The notes below the pieces were generated by a model. The model saw only the letters and a program-made list of their open reading frames with translations, had not been told where the DNA came from and did no database searches. The translations under genes and the position numbers were made by a program. Shown in pieces: positions 1 through 9,108 of a DNA stretch of 64,000 bases (the stretch's first letter is position 1; each line of letters begins with the position of its first letter). Origin of the DNA: an uncultured bacterium (GTDB lineage Bacteria; Zixibacteria; MSB-5A5; CAIYYT01); NCBI GenBank assembly GCA_963726455.1, contig CAVSCK010000005.1:160001-224000 (forward strand). The letters run 5' to 3'.

Positions 1-885
1 CGTGCCATCACCGTTGGCATCGCCCATGCCGCTGGAGGTTCCCTGGCAGTCTCCCGGAGCCGCTCCACCGGCAAAGATGTATTGAATCAAAAAGACGGCA
101 TCCGAGATATCGATGGCGTCATCGCTGTTGGCGTCACCGCACTGGCAACATTGCAGCGCTACCTTGCCGTCGACCAACACGCGCTTGGTGGAATCCACGG
201 AGCAGTACCAACGTTCGGTGTAGGTCGTGTCATACCAGGACGTGCAGATCGTGTCCGGTCCGACAATGATGTATGTCGCACAATTAGTGTAAGTCGTGTC
301 CACATGCAGATAGTAGTTGCAACCGATTACTCCCGGAGGCGAATCCGCGTTAGAGAAACGCGTTTCCGTCCGGTTGATATGCAGGTTGATTGCGCCTATA
401 TTACACAGTGTGTCTCCCAGCGCGCCGTTGGTTTCCATGATCAAGTTGAAAAGAATGCCGCTTCCCGGAGGCATCGGCTTGACGACTCGCGGCGAGTCCG
501 GATCACACAATGCGGAAATCTTTACGAGGCCGTGAAGCGAATCCAGAATTCGCGTCTCGAACCACTTCCAGCCACGCACCCTCGTTCCCACCGTGTCGAA
601 CTTCGCCTTGACTATTGTTCCCTGCTGGGACAGAACGGCAAACCGCACGAATTCGGGAATGCTGGAACTCAGCAACAATTCAAAACCCGACACGGAGTCG
701 TAAATGTTGTTGAGATACACGGGAACAACGATGTGGTTGTTCGACAAAGCCGTCGTTACTGATTCTACCTGGCAAATCAGTTCCACGCTTGTGGGTGTGG
801 TCGCGACATCCTTGCTCATAAGGGTCACACCGAGCGGTAGTACGAAGATCAGCGCCAGTGATAGATAACGCCATTTGGGGGCCAT
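1..885 (-). CDS. Secreted cohesin-like + dockerin domain protein (3' end runs off the window)
   Basis: Not in ORF track. Manual translation from ATG at 885 (RBS AAGGAGG) gives MAPKWRYLSLALIFVLPLG..., then a cohesin-like VPVYLNNIYDSVSGFELLL. The window-start end reads CGDANSDDAIDISDAVFLIQYIFAGGAAPGDC...GDANGDGT (dockerin) in the same frame. Confidence 0.8.
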   Translation of the reverse strand, partial: MAPKWRYLSLALIFVLPLGVTLMSKDVATTPTSVELICQVESVTTALSNNHIVVPVYLNNIYDSVSGFELLLSSSIPEFVRFAVLSQQGTIVKAKFDTVGTRVRGWKWFETRILDSLHGLVKISALCDPDSPRVVKPMPPGSGILFNLIMETNGALGDTLCNIGAINLHINRTETRFSNADSPPGVIGCNYYLHVDTTYTNCATYIIVGPDTICTSWYDTTYTERWYCSVDSTKRVLVDGKVALQCCQCGDANSDDAIDISDAVFLIQYIFAGGAAPGDCQGTSSGMGDANGDGT

Positions 886-1396
886 TAAGCAACCTCCTTG
901 CTCAAGAAAAGAGTTACTGTACCGTTACTTGTTTAATCGGTAGCTGTGTGGCCTTTTACAGTCTCCGCCGTGTAAATTTAGGTTGCGTCGCCTAATTCTG
1001 GTAAGAACCTAGTTCAAATGTTCGAGTCTGCAATGCGTCTTGACGGGGACTCAAAACGCATCGGGGTAGTCTTTGATTAACGCAGTACGATCAGATCATT
1101 AAATGTTTCGACACAGTTGTTGAAACCTGGTTATCACGTCTCTCGTCGATTGTAAGTTAGTTAGCAAGAAATCTGATCTTTAAGACCTTGTGTTCACTTC
1201 GAAGGGAAATATATGGTTAGCGCCCGAAGTTGTCAATAACAAATTTGGGATTTCCCCCGATTTTTGCCCCCCAACCCTGTTGCAATTTAGTCCACCCCTG
1301 GGTCCGGCGGCGTGCCAAAACGACCCTGCGGCGCCCCGCGGAAAACTTCCACCGGCTAAGTCAGTTGCGGGATTGTCTGTCTAATATGTGAACAGC

Positions 1397-1488
1397 AAAA
1401 AAAGAGGCCGAAGCACAGGATGCCAAATCTGAGAGGGGGGCAGGAAACTCAAATTTGGGACAACACCCTACTTCAGCCTTCAAAGCTT
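1397..1488 (-). ncRNA. Candidate ~90-nt small RNA: long imperfect hairpin with C/U-rich loop and U7 tail
   Basis: Minus strand reads GAAGGCUGAAGUAGGGUGUUGUCCCAAAUUUGAG-loop-CUCAGAUUUGGCAUCCUGUGCUUCGGCCUC-UUUUUUU, directly after a sigma70-like promoter. Confidence 0.55.
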
Positions 1489-1494
1489 AAACGC

Positions 1495-1523
1495 AGTTTA
1501 TCACCCACTGTTCCAAAATGCAA
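1495..1523 (-). promoter_or_regulatory. sigma70-type promoter of the candidate sRNA
   Basis: TTGCAT-17 bp-TAAACT with extended -10 TG. Confidence 0.6.
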
Positions 1524-1634
1524 GTGAAAAATCTTCGGCAATTTCAAAAAAATGTTAGTCCCCCCGAAATCAAAGTGATCCCGCCTGGATTCCTCAGTAG
1601 CACGCTCCCCAAGAGGCGAATCCCCTAAGCACTA

Positions 1635-2657
1635 TCAGGTCAAGCCGTTATCCGGAGCGCCAAACAGGTCTGTCTGACCTTCGGCATCCAACTTTCTGGG
1701 AGTGCTCTCAGATTCAGTCATCTTGGCAAGAAACCCTTGAAAGTCCGTGCCCTCCAAAGTTAGCCCCACGGCTCCCGTTCTGATCAGGAGACGGTTCCCT
1801 TCTGGAATATGATCTCCGTCCCGCACGAACAATAGCGACCATCTTTGTCTGAGATTCTCCATGGCCCCTGACCAGGTTCCGCCGCTTCCGGCAGTGGCGC
1901 TGACGACCAGCGACCAGTCCGCCAGAGCATAAATGTGCTTGTTGCGAGCCATCGCCGTTCCGACGGTAAACCCCGCGTCTGGACGATATGGTGTCACGAG
2001 CGTCAATTTTCTCCTTTCCAGGTAGCTGCGATGCTCATCAACTTCTGCCTGCTTCAACAGACTCTCCGCCAAGATTCCGACCGCTTGCCCCCCTCCCTCG
2101 ACGGCAGCCAGCATCGCCCGCGCGTCTACTCCGCGAGCGCCCCCGGAAACAACCACGATACCTTGCTGCGCGCAGGCGGAGCCAACCCCTTCAGCAAAAT
2201 CGAGTGACTCACTGTCGGCATCGCGCGAACCCACGACCGCCAGTCCGCCTTGCCCCAGAAGCGACTTGTCGCCGACCCCGAATAAGATCGGTGGTGTCGC
2301 TTTTCCCAACCGGCTGGCAAGACGATCGGGAAAGATAGAATCTGCCACACTGATAAACCAGATTCCACGCTCGTGCCAAGAACCGAGCAGTTCGCCAAAC
2401 TCGGACTTACGGCTCAACAACAATTCGAGCCGTTCCGGTGTAAGACCGGTCACCAGTTTCGGTGGCAACTGCGAGCGAATGTCCGGCATCAGGAGTCCCG
2501 GCAGGCCGAGCCCCAGACTTTTTACCCAGGCATAGACTCGATTAAATTCGCTTGGTCCGAGGATTTTCGGGCTGCCGAAGTCATCTTCCTTGCTCCCCGG
2601 AACGCATAACAACAATGCAATCTCTGTATCAATGCTGCAGGTCATTTCGTCGTACAT
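1635..2657 (-). CDS. dprA: DNA-processing protein DprA/Smf family
   Basis: PPILFGVGD, LAVVGSR, VVSGGARGVD and AMARNKHIYALAD motifs. Confidence 0.9.
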   Translation of the reverse strand: MYDEMTCSIDTEIALLLCVPGSKEDDFGSPKILGPSEFNRVYAWVKSLGLGLPGLLMPDIRSQLPPKLVTGLTPERLELLLSRKSEFGELLGSWHERGIWFISVADSIFPDRLASRLGKATPPILFGVGDKSLLGQGGLAVVGSRDADSESLDFAEGVGSACAQQGIVVVSGGARGVDARAMLAAVEGGGQAVGILAESLLKQAEVDEHRSYLERRKLTLVTPYRPDAGFTVGTAMARNKHIYALADWSLVVSATAGSGGTWSGAMENLRQRWSLLFVRDGDHIPEGNRLLIRTGAVGLTLEGTDFQGFLAKMTESESTPRKLDAEGQTDLFGAPDNGLT

Positions 2658-2664
2658 TTCTCTC

Positions 2665-4758
2665 TCACTCCGATGTTGTCACGGCCAATGCGTACGGATA
2701 AACCGGACCGCTTCCTGCCTGGCGCAGCAGCGCTCCGATTACTGTCAAAGTCCAACCCGAATCGATCATGTCGTCCATCAGTAGCACGGCGCCCGGACGG
2801 ACAAGCTCACGCTTCACTTCAAAGACGCCGTCAAGATTCCGCGCCTGTTGAAAGCTGTTGTATCTCAGTTTCTGTGCCTCCGTCTGTTTCACCTTGGCAA
2901 CGCAGGGAATAAACGGCAATCGCAATTCGCGCGCCAGACGTTCCGCGAACTTCGGCACCAAGGTCGGATTGTTCAACGATGGCACGCACGCCACCCATTG
3001 CGGAAATGGCCGCGGCTGCCAGTTGATGCGGATCAAATCGAACGAGGCATTCACCAATTCCTGCGGAAATGATCCTTCCTGTTGTTTGCCTCGACGGACT
3101 GCGCTGCCCCAACCGGCGTCTCCCCATTTGCAGAGCGCTCTTCCCTCCTCCAACTTCAGCGCGTCTGATATCAAACCCGAAAACGGATATTGCTGAAACG
3201 CGCCGACCGGCCATTTTTTGCGCGGTGTGATTACGCGACTACTGTGCCGCAGGAACCTTTCCGCATCAGCCAAGGATTTCTGTTCGTACGATTCCGAAAG
3301 CAGTGGCTGCTTCAGGCAATTGGCGCAACGTCCGCACGGGCTAGCGTCTTGATCATCAAGTTCTTTCTTGAGAAACGTCATCAGGCAATCGTTGGTTCGC
3401 ATGTATTCCTGCATGCGTGACTGTTCCGTCCGTCTGATCTGGAACAACTCATTGGCGCGGGTATCATCGTAAACATAGGCGCCCGGATTCGCATGCCACT
3501 TTGACTGTGCCTTCGTTATCGGGGCCGCAGATTCAACGGACAGCACCGACAGTACCTTCTCGATACTGGTGCGGCGAATGTTAACTGCGCCCTCGATCTC
3601 CGCCAGACTCAAGCCGGACGGCGCTCTTCTCAAGACCTCCAGTACCTGTTCCACATGCTTAGTCAACGGCATGGCGGTGCGTATGAAGTAGTCGGTTATC
3701 TCATCATCCTCATCTCCGCTCAGCAGTATTCCGAATGCTTCCTTCACTGCCCGTCCCGCCCGGCCTACCTGCTGGTAATAATGAATCACCGAACCGGGGC
3801 GCTGGTAGTGGATCACAAATCCGATATCCGGCTTGTCGAATCCCATCCCCAGAGCCGACGTTGCCACCAGCGCCTTGACTTCATTGTCGAGCAGTTGCTG
3901 CTCCAGTTCCGTCCGCTGCTCGGTGGCAAGCGCTCCCCAATAGGGCTGGGCATTTATGTGCTTCATCTGCAGGAATCGGGCCACTCGTTGAGCATCCTCG
4001 ACTGTCAGAGTGTACACGATTCCGCTTCCCGATATCGACGGCAGATGATCGGCGAGCCATGCCAATCGTGCCGCCTGGCTGGGCAGCAGAATCGTCTGCA
4101 ATCGCAAACTCTCCCGTTCCAATGGCCCGCGTTGTATCACCAAACCCGACGCCATCTGCGTGACGATGTCTTCCACAACGCGATTGTTAGCTGTCGCCGT
4201 CGTGGCCAGAATTGGCATGTCGCGCGGCATCATTTTCAGGACTTTCGGGATACGGCGATAATCGGGGCGGAAATCGTGCCCCCAATCGGAAATGCAATGC
4301 GCTTCGTCCACGACGAACAATCCAATTTTGTTTGCCAACGGGCGCAACACCATGGCACAGAATTGTTCGTGGGCCAGTCGCTCCGGCGATACCAATAGAA
4401 TATCCACCTTGCCCGCCTGCAACTTAGCCATTACATCCCACCATTCACTGACATTCGCCGAGTTGATCGTGGCGGCGCGCAGGTTCATTCGCTCCGCTGC
4501 CTGAATTTGATTTCGCATAAGTGCCAGTAACGGTGAGATCAAAAGTGTCGGTCCCGCGCCCTGATCTCGCAACAGACGGGTGGCCATAAAGTACAATATG
4601 CTTTTGCCCCAGCCGGTGCGCTGCACCACCAGCATCCGGCCTTTGCGATAAACCAAATGATGTACTGCTTCCCATTGCCCGTCGCGAAACGTCGCCTCGG
4701 GATTGTTCAATGCCTGACGCAATAGCTCCACGCCATGATTCTGAAGGACAGAATCCAT
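2665..4758 (-). CDS. RecQ-family DEAH helicase with C-terminal ComF-like phosphoribosyltransferase domain
   Basis: QRTGWGKS, VDEAHCISDWGHDFRPDY, ALGMGFDKPD, QQVGRAGR, Zn site CGRCANC, and PRTase motif LLMDDMIDSGWT. Confidence 0.92.
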   Translation of the reverse strand: MDSVLQNHGVELLRQALNNPEATFRDGQWEAVHHLVYRKGRMLVVQRTGWGKSILYFMATRLLRDQGAGPTLLISPLLALMRNQIQAAERMNLRAATINSANVSEWWDVMAKLQAGKVDILLVSPERLAHEQFCAMVLRPLANKIGLFVVDEAHCISDWGHDFRPDYRRIPKVLKMMPRDMPILATTATANNRVVEDIVTQMASGLVIQRGPLERESLRLQTILLPSQAARLAWLADHLPSISGSGIVYTLTVEDAQRVARFLQMKHINAQPYWGALATEQRTELEQQLLDNEVKALVATSALGMGFDKPDIGFVIHYQRPGSVIHYYQQVGRAGRAVKEAFGILLSGDEDDEITDYFIRTAMPLTKHVEQVLEVLRRAPSGLSLAEIEGAVNIRRTSIEKVLSVLSVESAAPITKAQSKWHANPGAYVYDDTRANELFQIRRTEQSRMQEYMRTNDCLMTFLKKELDDQDASPCGRCANCLKQPLLSESYEQKSLADAERFLRHSSRVITPRKKWPVGAFQQYPFSGLISDALKLEEGRALCKWGDAGWGSAVRRGKQQEGSFPQELVNASFDLIRINWQPRPFPQWVACVPSLNNPTLVPKFAERLARELRLPFIPCVAKVKQTEAQKLRYNSFQQARNLDGVFEVKRELVRPGAVLLMDDMIDSGWTLTVIGALLRQAGSGPVYPYALAVTTSE

Positions 4759-4963
4759 GTACGCCTCCCCGCTGATTTTTCGAAGAGTTTGGCGGCAGGC
4801 AGGTCCACTCCTGCTACGCGTTATCTGCTGGGCTCAAGGGATCAGGGCAGCATTAGGGAAGAGTATGTCATTATTACTAAGGAAACGCAATCACATTTTG
4901 CGGAGATAAGTCGGGAGCGGCAGACACACACGACACGTGTGAAAAAGATGGCAAGAGTTTCGA

Positions 4964-5194
4964 TCAGGAGGCGCGGACGTACTGTCTGACTTCAACCTGC
5001 GCGCCAGATTTGGCCAGACTTTCCGCAGTGGTCAACAGCTCGGACGAAACCGCCTGATCCACATACTGCTCTCCGCAATTCGGGCAGACTTGCGCCGGCA
5101 CTCCCTTAACCACGAGAGTCAGACTTCCGCGCTCAAGGGTCACGGTGGCAACGCCTTCCTGAGTGTCTGATTTTCGACAGACAACGCATTTCAT
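4964..5194 (-). CDS. YgiT-type (MqsA N-terminal-like) zinc finger protein, putative antitoxin
   Basis: MKCVVC...VKGVPAQVCPNCGE; ATGA overlap with the upstream DUF4258 gene. Confidence 0.85.
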   Translation of the reverse strand: MKCVVCRKSDTQEGVATVTLERGSLTLVVKGVPAQVCPNCGEQYVDQAVSSELLTTAESLAKSGAQVEVRQYVRAS

Positions 5195-5469
5195 ATTTTT
5201 CGTCTCCTGAATTCCTTGTCCCACTGATCTGGGTCGGGTTGATATACGGTAATCACAATATTCTCATCGTCAACTCTGTTATACGCAGCAACGACGTGGA
5301 TGTGACGGCCTCTGGCTTGACCGGATATCAATCTGCTCGGATAGGGCGAGTCGTCGGGATAATCCTCGATCACTTCGCCGGAAGTCAACACGTCCTTTAC
5401 GTCATCGGTCGAAATGCCGCGCTGGAACATGCGCTCAAGCGAATGCACTCGATAGATAATTCGAGCCAT
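5191..5469 (-). CDS. DUF4258 family protein, putative RelE-like toxin
   Basis: HSLERMFQRGIS...IEDYPDD.PYPS.LI.G...HVV...ITVY.PDP..W. Confidence 0.85.
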   Translation of the reverse strand: MARIIYRVHSLERMFQRGISTDDVKDVLTSGEVIEDYPDDSPYPSRLISGQARGRHIHVVAAYNRVDDENIVITVYQPDPDQWDKEFRRRKI

Positions 5470-5533
5470 GTAAACAAAGATAGATAACTATACTGTCAAA
5501 ACCCAGAAGATTTCGCGTGGTCCGCGAATCCTC

Positions 5534-7474
5534 CTATTTCAGCAGCACCATCTTGCGATTCTTCACAAAGTCAATCCCTGACACCTCCAGTCGATAGAAG
5601 TACACCCCGCTGGCCACCGGCTGACCTGAGTCATCGGCGCCGTCCCAATAGACAACGTGCCGACCCGGGAATTGCCGGTCGTCGATTAGTGTGGTCACCC
5701 TTTGGCCTATGGAATTGTAGACGACAAGCCGAACCGTTGCCGGTTGCGCCCCGATATTAGGCAATGAGTAGACCAGCGCCGTGGTCGCATTAAACGGATT
5801 AGGATAGTTCTGTTCCAGTTCAATTGATGCCGGAAGCTCGGCATTGCCCGGGTCGGTAACATCGGTCACCAGAAACTGCAGCTCGGCAGTGGGTTGTGAA
5901 ACCAAGAGCGAGCTGTCGACTGCCACTAAGACGTAATAGTAGTTCTGCTGTGCTACTACCTGAGTGTCGCGGAACGTGATCGGCAGTGTGTCGAGATAGG
6001 ACTGTCTGCCAATACCACTGTCACCGACGCTGAAATAAGCGCGCACATGTCCCGAATCAAGGGAGACCGGTGAACTTTCGGAGCGAAACAGGACATAGTG
6101 GCGCAGGTCACTTTCGGAGTTCTTCTGCCACCTGACGATTGTTGAAGTCGTACCGCCGCTGCCGCTGAAGCTCTGGGGAGTAGCCGGAGGGAAGTCCTGG
6201 TAGACGTAGAACTCTCCACCCTGTCCTCCCAACGGCCCGATGTCGGAACGACTGCCGTCCAGATCGAAGATTCCCGGATGCCCGGCGTCGATGCAGGGCG
6301 AACCACGCTGCAACTGATTGCTGACAGTATCGGCAAACATGGGATCCTGAAAGAGGTTGTGATCGACGATCTGGGTGTCGGAGGGAGCACTGACGATGTG
6401 TGGCGAAGTGAAAACAGAGTCGAAGACTACCAACCCTTGTGCTAACAGCACTGCTGGTCTGACGCAGTCCAGATAGAAGTCATTGTAATTGATTTCCAGA
6501 CGGAAGGGGCCGGGCCACGACCGCTCGAAGTCGATGTTGATGGGGCTTTGTTTTCCGATGAAGATGTTGTTGCTGATGTAAGCTTCTTCATACAAGCCCA
6601 GCCAGATCAGGCTCATCCAACTGTGTTCGTCCGAGCCTTCAAATAGGTTGTTCTGTATCCGAACATGGGGTCCGTTAGACAAAATGTATTCGCTGGAAAA
6701 CGCATTAGGATCCGACGGCGGAACCATATTGTCCAGAAACAGGTTATTTTCGACAATCATCCAGCCCGGCAGGGACATGTTCTGGATATCCGATTGCATC
6801 CCCCGGAAAATATTATTGCGTATGGTCGCCGTGCCCCCTCCCAGCATCCAGTACAACCTGATCCCGATTGAATAATACTGGCGATAGTGGAAACTCTCGA
6901 TGGTATTGTTCTTAAAGAGCAAACTCGTCGCGCCTACACCAATATCGACAATCGGCCCTTCAGACCTTGCACAATTCCAGAACAGACAGTTCCGAATCTC
7001 TGTTAGATAAGCAGTGGAGAAGATCGGAGATTCCGTACCCTCAAAGCGGCATCGATCAAACAATAACGTGTCATGTTGATCTCCGGCCTTGAAGATCGTC
7101 GAGGCGAGAGGGAGGCCGTCAGTCCTGAGAAAGTTGATTCTTGAAATGCTGATCGTACCGGAAACCGAGTAGATTTGCTCGTAGTTGCTTAACCCAATTC
7201 TGATCGTCGTCGAGTCCCACCCGGCTCCAAGCAAACACATGCCGGAACCCAGCACAATCGAATCCGGCTCCACAAATTCGCCCGCTCCCACCCGAATCGT
7301 ATCATTGGGCTGCGCCACGCCGGCTGCCAAGGCCGGTCGCGCTGCTGCCGTCTCCCAAGTCGTATAGGGCGGAGTGTTGCTCCCCGTTTCGGACACGTAC
7401 CGCGTCGTCGCCAGAACCTGACAGGATCCCGCCACCACCAGCACCACAATTATGCAGATTTCCCTAATCTTCAT
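5534..7474 (-). CDS. Secreted parallel beta-helix protein with FN3-like and FlgD/T9SS-like C-terminal domain
   Basis: Signal peptide from MKIREICII; Asn-rich beta-helix repeats; SPCIDAG; QNYPNPFN...WDGADDSGQPVASGVYFYRL...KMVLLK. Confidence 0.85.
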   Translation of the reverse strand: MKIREICIIVVLVVAGSCQVLATTRYVSETGSNTPPYTTWETAAARPALAAGVAQPNDTIRVGAGEFVEPDSIVLGSGMCLLGAGWDSTTIRIGLSNYEQIYSVSGTISISRINFLRTDGLPLASTIFKAGDQHDTLLFDRCRFEGTESPIFSTAYLTEIRNCLFWNCARSEGPIVDIGVGATSLLFKNNTIESFHYRQYYSIGIRLYWMLGGGTATIRNNIFRGMQSDIQNMSLPGWMIVENNLFLDNMVPPSDPNAFSSEYILSNGPHVRIQNNLFEGSDEHSWMSLIWLGLYEEAYISNNIFIGKQSPINIDFERSWPGPFRLEINYNDFYLDCVRPAVLLAQGLVVFDSVFTSPHIVSAPSDTQIVDHNLFQDPMFADTVSNQLQRGSPCIDAGHPGIFDLDGSRSDIGPLGGQGGEFYVYQDFPPATPQSFSGSGGTTSTIVRWQKNSESDLRHYVLFRSESSPVSLDSGHVRAYFSVGDSGIGRQSYLDTLPITFRDTQVVAQQNYYYVLVAVDSSLLVSQPTAELQFLVTDVTDPGNAELPASIELEQNYPNPFNATTALVYSLPNIGAQPATVRLVVYNSIGQRVTTLIDDRQFPGRHVVYWDGADDSGQPVASGVYFYRLEVSGIDFVKNRKMVLLK

Positions 7475-7723
7475 CTGCCACCTCCTGAAGTCTCGTTTTC
7501 GCCAAACGCACAATCAAGATAATTCAATCTAAATAGTTGTCAAGATGGTAAGTCGCATTAGCCGCGCTGCACTTATCCCCATATCTTCCGACTGCCAAAC
7601 GTCCGGCCCGCCTGCCCCCAAACTTTTCTTGCCTTTTCCCGCGCCTCTTTATGTATATATAGGCAAGAACTTTATCAGTTCACTAACTTTGACGATGACT
7701 GGATATAGACTTAGGAGGGAACT

Positions 7724-8035
7724 ATGACCGACCGTTTTGATGACAAGCGCATCAATGAAGCGCTCGAACTACTTAATGAAGTGGCACATGACAAGAAAGC
7801 GGAGTTGCAGACTATGATGTCCAACAAGTATGGCGAATTGCGCACGGCCATCGGTGGCGTCGCCGGCAAGCTGCAGCATGATGTCGTCGAGACCTATCAT
7901 CGCGGCACGGAGAAGGCCAAGGAACTGGCGTCCGAGGTAGATGAGAGCGTGCACAAAAATCCCTGGCCGTACCTTGGCGGCACGGCGCTGGGATTTCTGA
8001 TTCTAGGTTATTTCCTCGGCAGATCGAAGAAGTAA
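7724..8035 (+). CDS. DUF883/ElaB-YqjD-like tail-anchored protein
   Basis: Helical N-terminus, VHKNPW, single C-terminal TM, RBS AGGAGG. Confidence 0.8.
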   Translation: MTDRFDDKRINEALELLNEVAHDKKAELQTMMSNKYGELRTAIGGVAGKLQHDVVETYHRGTEKAKELASEVDESVHKNPWPYLGGTALGFLILGYFLGRSKK

Positions 8036-8107
8036 GCCCGAGTAACATCAAAAATGGCGTGAGCGGCGGCATCAAACCGCCGTCGCTCCCATCTCAAAGA
8101 AAGCGAT

Positions 8108-8485
8108 ATGTCTATTTCTAATTTCGTTAAGGACCTGATCGAATCATATATCAAGACCACGATCGACCTGCTTAAGCTCGAAGCAGCTATCGCCTATCTC
8201 AATGTCATCAAAGGCACTCGGCGGTTCTTCATCGTCGTGTCGCTGTTGATCCTGTGCGCCGTGATCCTCGGCTGCGGATTCCTGCTGGTGCCGGTTTCGC
8301 TACTATTGTTCATGCCCTGGACGCTGCAAACCAAGGCAATTGTCGGCATCTGTATCGGCGGCGCCTACATCCTGATTCCGCTGATTGTCATGTCGATGCT
8401 GCTGTCGCAAAAACGCTGGGTCAAGTGGTCGGGCGTGGGCAAATTAGTCGGCCAGGTTCGTCGCAGCCGCCCCCACGCAAGCTAG
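8108..8485 (+). CDS. Two-TM membrane protein (YqjE-like position after DUF883)
   Basis: Two hydrophobic helices; gene context. Confidence 0.65.
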   Translation: MSISNFVKDLIESYIKTTIDLLKLEAAIAYLNVIKGTRRFFIVVSLLILCAVILGCGFLLVPVSLLLFMPWTLQTKAIVGICIGGAYILIPLIVMSMLLSQKRWVKWSGVGKLVGQVRRSRPHAS

Positions 8486-8553
8486 CAGTCGGCCTCCTGT
8501 TTCGACTCTGCAACGCTTGACAATTTCCTTCAAACTATCTTATTGCCCCCGTT

Positions 8554-9015
8554 ATGAGTTCGAATACCCCCGGGTTCTTTCGACTGCTGCTGACCCCTGC
8601 CGGCGCAGCAATTGCCATCATCAGTTTCTTTCTGCCCTGGATTCAGATTTCCTGCCTGGGTACTTCGGTTTACTCTGGGTTTGATTTCGGCGAGATCTAC
8701 TGGCTCGTACCGAGCATGGCGGCCATAATTCTCGGCGGGTACTTGCTATTGCGCAAGTCGAAGCGACTTAACCTGCTCAAGATTCTGACCATCGCGGCAA
8801 CTGTAGTAGCCATCGGGGTGATTGTTTATGGCAGCATCACTGTCGCCGGAGGCAAGAGAATCCTCCTCGTAAAGCTGGGACCTGATGACGTCCACCTGAA
8901 AATTCATGTTGGCGGATACGGTACCTTTGCCGGATATTTGCTGGCGATGATTGGCGTCACGCAGCCGCGACGAAAGCGCAAGGAGCGCCTGCCGACCAAT
9001 ACCACGACTACCTGA
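8554..9015 (+). CDS. Hypothetical 4-TM membrane protein
   Basis: FFLPW motif and four hydrophobic segments. Confidence 0.7.
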   Translation: MSSNTPGFFRLLLTPAGAAIAIISFFLPWIQISCLGTSVYSGFDFGEIYWLVPSMAAIILGGYLLLRKSKRLNLLKILTIAATVVAIGVIVYGSITVAGGKRILLVKLGPDDVHLKIHVGGYGTFAGYLLAMIGVTQPRRKRKERLPTNTTTT

Positions 9016-9108
9016 CGGCGGGGACACTCGTTAAAAGTGCAGATGAAAAAGAGGCGATATCAACCTGAATCACACCAACCCAATCGCTCAATGCGTAGAT
9101 AGCTAAAG

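Noticed and set aside
82-762. 226-aa plus-strand ORF
   Set aside because: Antisense shadow of the cohesin-dockerin gene at <1..885.
8108-8485. Phage holin / prophage
   Set aside because: No phage genes nearby; context fits a YqjD/YqjE-like stress pair.
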